Assembly: GCA_963817895.1 (NCBI GenBank)
Contig: CAWFQB010000005.1
Coordinates: forward strand, 256,001-320,000
Length of the DNA stretch: 64,000 nt
DNA from: an uncultured Chthonomonadaceae bacterium
Lineage (GTDB): Bacteria > Armatimonadota > Chthonomonadetes > Chthonomonadales > Chthonomonadaceae
Direction: 5' to 3'
Within the stretch, counting starts at the first letter, position 1. Every line of letters starts with the position of its first letter. The position numbers and the translations under genes are program-made. This document shows positions 61,041-64,000 of the stretch, piece after piece. The notes below the pieces were generated by a model. It was not told the DNA's origin, made no database searches, and saw only the letters and a list, made by a program, of their open reading frames with translations.

Positions 61041-61988
61041 ATGAACAATTTACTTCCTGTTGTACGTTCAAAACATACAATGAAGCCGTCACAATCCACG
61101 CCGACAGCATTCGCCAGAGTTGGGCGAGCTATTAGCCTACAGAAGTTATCCACACAGGCTTTCCTTGTATGGTTTATGTCTAACTTGATCTATACCGTTT
61201 ATACGATAGGAAGCCCAAAACCATACATTCCTTCCCACTCTAACCCGTTCCTTTTAACTTTGTTTGCCTTTTTGACCTTGAAGACCGCTCTCGCAATACG
61301 CATCAACATATTGTTTCAAGGGAACCATCTTTCGGATGAAATCGAATATATAGACGATCCGAAATACCTCGGCTGCCTGCTTGATGTGATAGATACCGCG
61401 AATACGGAGAAGCGCACCTCCCTGTTGTCTGAGCGAGGAGTTCCCGATGCTATCCATAATGCTGTCAAACGCTTGTTGCGCCAGATGGATGAGGAAGATT
61501 TGTCTGCGCTGAATAGCCGACAGCGGATGCAGTTGTTTAAGCTTCTTTTGCCTGCCCACAATCTTAACCTGGAAAAGCGCTACGATCCTCAATTAGCGCT
61601 CATTCTTCTCAGAGTTTTAGAAAGAATGAGAACCCATGAGGCCCTCCCTTATGTGCGCCGGCTTGCTAAACGATCTGACATGCAATTAGCGCTTCGCGCA
61701 ACGGCTCAACAATGCCAGGCTTGTTTGGAGGAGAGGCTGGCGCAACTGCAAACGGATCAAATGCTCCTGCGTCCATCAGCCGCTTCCACACCTCCCGATA
61801 TGTTGCTGCGTCCCGCTTCCGGCACAACGCAAATACAGTTTGAAACGGCAACACAACTGTTGCGCTCTTCCATAGAGGAAGCGTCTTGCGCCTCAAACTA
61901 TGACAATGCGTTTTTGCGTGACATTGAACTGGCCCCGCTGCAAGAGCCGACGCAAAACGCGCAGATTGGACAGCGGGCCGATGCGTAG
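61041..61988 (+). CDS. hypothetical membrane protein, paralogue 2
   Basis: Same architecture; LLRPSA..LLRPASGTTQ..LLRS. Confidence 0.7.
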   Translation: MNNLLPVVRSKHTMKPSQSTPTAFARVGRAISLQKLSTQAFLVWFMSNLIYTVYTIGSPKPYIPSHSNPFLLTLFAFLTLKTALAIRINILFQGNHLSDEIEYIDDPKYLGCLLDVIDTANTEKRTSLLSERGVPDAIHNAVKRLLRQMDEEDLSALNSRQRMQLFKLLLPAHNLNLEKRYDPQLALILLRVLERMRTHEALPYVRRLAKRSDMQLALRATAQQCQACLEERLAQLQTDQMLLRPSAASTPPDMLLRPASGTTQIQFETATQLLRSSIEEASCASNYDNAFLRDIELAPLQEPTQNAQIGQRADA

Positions 61989-62067
61989 ATCACGTTTTGG
62001 CAGGCGGAGGGATAGACGTTAGAGGAACAACGCGCTTGACCGGGATACGGCCCGCGTTCTGAAACAA

Positions 62068-62964
62068 TTGCAATGGCTTGGGCGTCAGCGCAATATCATA
62101 CCATTGGCATGGCTCACTTTCCTGGGCGGCGGATTAGTTGTAAGTCTATACGAATATTGGCGACATTTGACGCATGATAATCCTGTTAATCATGTTTATT
62201 TTGCGGCTATCATGAGTTTAATGCTTGCCAGCTTTATTCTCTTTCAGCTCTCTTACTTTGATGTCGCCAGACGCACCGCTATCATCTCCGTTCTGGATGA
62301 GATTGACGACATGCAGGCGCTGGGAGCGCTTGTAGACGCTTTAGATGTCGTCAACACCCGAACCAATTCGGGACTTAAATCTCCCGCTTTTGACGGGAAG
62401 CGAGATGTGCCGAATGGGGTTTCGGATGCGGTAAAAAGGCTGCTGCGGCAGATGCAGCCGGAAGATGTCTGCTATCTGAACGGCAGGCAGTACACGAGGC
62501 TGCATCGCGCCCTGTTCCCGATCTTATCTCCGTATGGGTTCCGAACAATCTACGATACCTTCCTCGCCTTGCAAGTCGTTCGGGTATTGGGGCGTATCGG
62601 CAATCGGGAATCCCTCTCCTACCTGAATCGTCTTATCAAGGCTCGTGATACGGAAGATCAGATGCGGGAAGAAGCGCAGAAAAGTCTGGCGTTGATTCAG
62701 GAGCGTCTGGCCCAACAGCAGCAAGCGAGCGACGTTCTGCTGCGTCCGTCTACGGCGATGGAGTTGCCTGAAATACTGCTGCGCCCGGTTTCCGACAGTT
62801 ACCAGGCCAACCCCGAAGCGGAAAAACTGCTGCGCCCCTCCTCCAACGTTTCTTCTATCGCAAACCGCGATAACGCCTTTTTGCAAAATTATGAGCCGCT
62901 CCTGCCGCAAACGCCCGCGCAGCAGGTACAAATCGGCACACAAACAACAGAAAACGAGCCATGA
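62068..62964 (+). CDS. hypothetical membrane protein, paralogue 3
   Basis: Same architecture; shares AVKRLLRQM and DNAFL with paralogue 2. An in-frame ATG at 61981 is cut off by TAG at 62020. Confidence 0.7.
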   Translation: MQWLGRQRNIIPLAWLTFLGGGLVVSLYEYWRHLTHDNPVNHVYFAAIMSLMLASFILFQLSYFDVARRTAIISVLDEIDDMQALGALVDALDVVNTRTNSGLKSPAFDGKRDVPNGVSDAVKRLLRQMQPEDVCYLNGRQYTRLHRALFPILSPYGFRTIYDTFLALQVVRVLGRIGNRESLSYLNRLIKARDTEDQMREEAQKSLALIQERLAQQQQASDVLLRPSTAMELPEILLRPVSDSYQANPEAEKLLRPSSNVSSIANRDNAFLQNYEPLLPQTPAQQVQIGTQTTENEP

Positions 62965-63077
62965 CGAGCAGCGCGGAATAGAGCAGCGTGGCTGTCTTCT
63001 ACCTTCTGTATTCTATCTCTGTCTTCCACCCTCTTTTTGCAGGATTGCCCGTTTCCCCTGTCGAACTAAACGGCACT

Positions 63078-64000
63078 ATGATCCCAGTGATACTTTTCCT
63101 TCTCTTCTTCGGCTTCATCATCTATGCCGGTATCGCGGCCAATCGGCAGTTGATTCAGAAACGGCAGGGATTTACGGCGCAGATGGATGCGCTGGCGACG
63201 CAGATGAACGGCCTGTACGCGCAGAGCCGCGCACTCGACCCTGGCACAATCGGGCGCGTGGACGAAGCGCGGGCCGCTGTGGATGCCAAACTCAATCAGG
63301 CGCGAAGCCTGCTGACGGCTGCGACCAAAGACCGGCATTTTGAGCGTATTCAGCGTATTCTCGCGCAGGTACAGGCCAAACTGGGGAATGTGCAGGCGGG
63401 TATCGGGCGGGCGCAGGCGCGGGCGGACGCCCGCGTTCAGCGGCAAACCGAAGCGGAACAGCGCCGGACGGACGCGCGACAACAGCGGCAGGAGGAATCT
63501 CGCATGGGAAAAGCCACGCAGCGGGTCAGCAGAGGCTCGTTCGCGCCGCCCGCGCAAATCACGAACGCGCAAACCGATTGGAACACGATGCCCACGAATG
63601 AACGCGGCGTATGTTTCTTCTGCTCCCGACCCTGTCTGCTGCGCGAACTGACGCCCGTGACCGTTCCCATTGGCGGACAGGCGCGGCAGGTTCTCGCGTG
63701 TCCGCAGGATTTAACGGCAATTCGGGCGGGAAACCTGCCGCCCATCCGCGCTTTCGAGAGGAATGGGCAGCGCGTTCCCTGGTACGCTTACGACCGCTAC
63801 AACCCCTACCACGACTACTACATTGACCATTTTGACCAGGACATTTATCTGAACCGCTTTGCCTTCGACATGATTGAGTCGATCTACTGGAATTTCAACA
63901 CACCTTATGCCTATGACAACGGCCCCGCGTATGTGTTTTCCCCGCAGGCCGAGCCGTATCAAGACTACATGAGCGCGAACGCCGCCGGTTCCATAGACCC
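63078..64000 (+). CDS. hypothetical protein (N-terminal transmembrane helix, coiled coil, Cys cluster); runs off the window edge
   Basis: Manual translation MIPVILFLLFFGFIIYAG...RGVCFFCSRPC...VLACP...PWYAYDRYNPYHDYY; open to the end of the window. Confidence 0.75.
   Translation, partial: MIPVILFLLFFGFIIYAGIAANRQLIQKRQGFTAQMDALATQMNGLYAQSRALDPGTIGRVDEARAAVDAKLNQARSLLTAATKDRHFERIQRILAQVQAKLGNVQAGIGRAQARADARVQRQTEAEQRRTDARQQRQEESRMGKATQRVSRGSFAPPAQITNAQTDWNTMPTNERGVCFFCSRPCLLRELTPVTVPIGGQARQVLACPQDLTAIRAGNLPPIRAFERNGQRVPWYAYDRYNPYHDYYIDHFDQDIYLNRFAFDMIESIYWNFNTPYAYDNGPAYVFSPQAEPYQDYMSANAAGSID

Overview
GC-rich bacterial chromosomal window. The gene mix (DUF1501/DUF1549-DUF1553, Tat-exported oxidoreductase, glycosidases, flagellar switch genes) looks Armatimonadota- or Planctomycete-like; this taxonomy is inference only. 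Left to right: a lactate permease; a GIY-YIG nuclease split by an IS630 element, with an ISAzo13 element 80 bp away; an esterase, coaA and an OYE oxidoreductase; a sugar ABC binding protein and permease with GH32 and GH27 glycosidases; a HEAT-repeat protein; a DUF1501/DUF1553 pair; and an FlgO/FlgT/LPP20-like trio. The most notable locus (31.0-40.5 kb) is a co-directional cluster: ECF sigma factor, unknown ORF, ImmA/IrrE Zn-metallopeptidase, NurA, HerA, Mre11/SbcD, Rad50/SbcC. An identical bipartite motif TCTGTAACA-N15-GGGAATA lies upstream of both the sigma gene and herA. After that come a MoxR/DUF58/transglutaminase operon; a heavily frameshifted PLD-SNF2 helicase plus N6-adenine methyltransferase with an intact DUF4365 pair nested between them; a DUF559 nuclease bracketed by ~200-bp inverted-repeat elements; fliM-fliY/N-fliO-fliP; and three tandem membrane-protein paralogues. 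Scattered 1-nt indels in otherwise conserved genes suggest sequencing or consensus errors, so pseudogene calls are tentative. All family assignments come from motif recognition, not database searches. No rRNA, tRNA or CRISPR array was seen.
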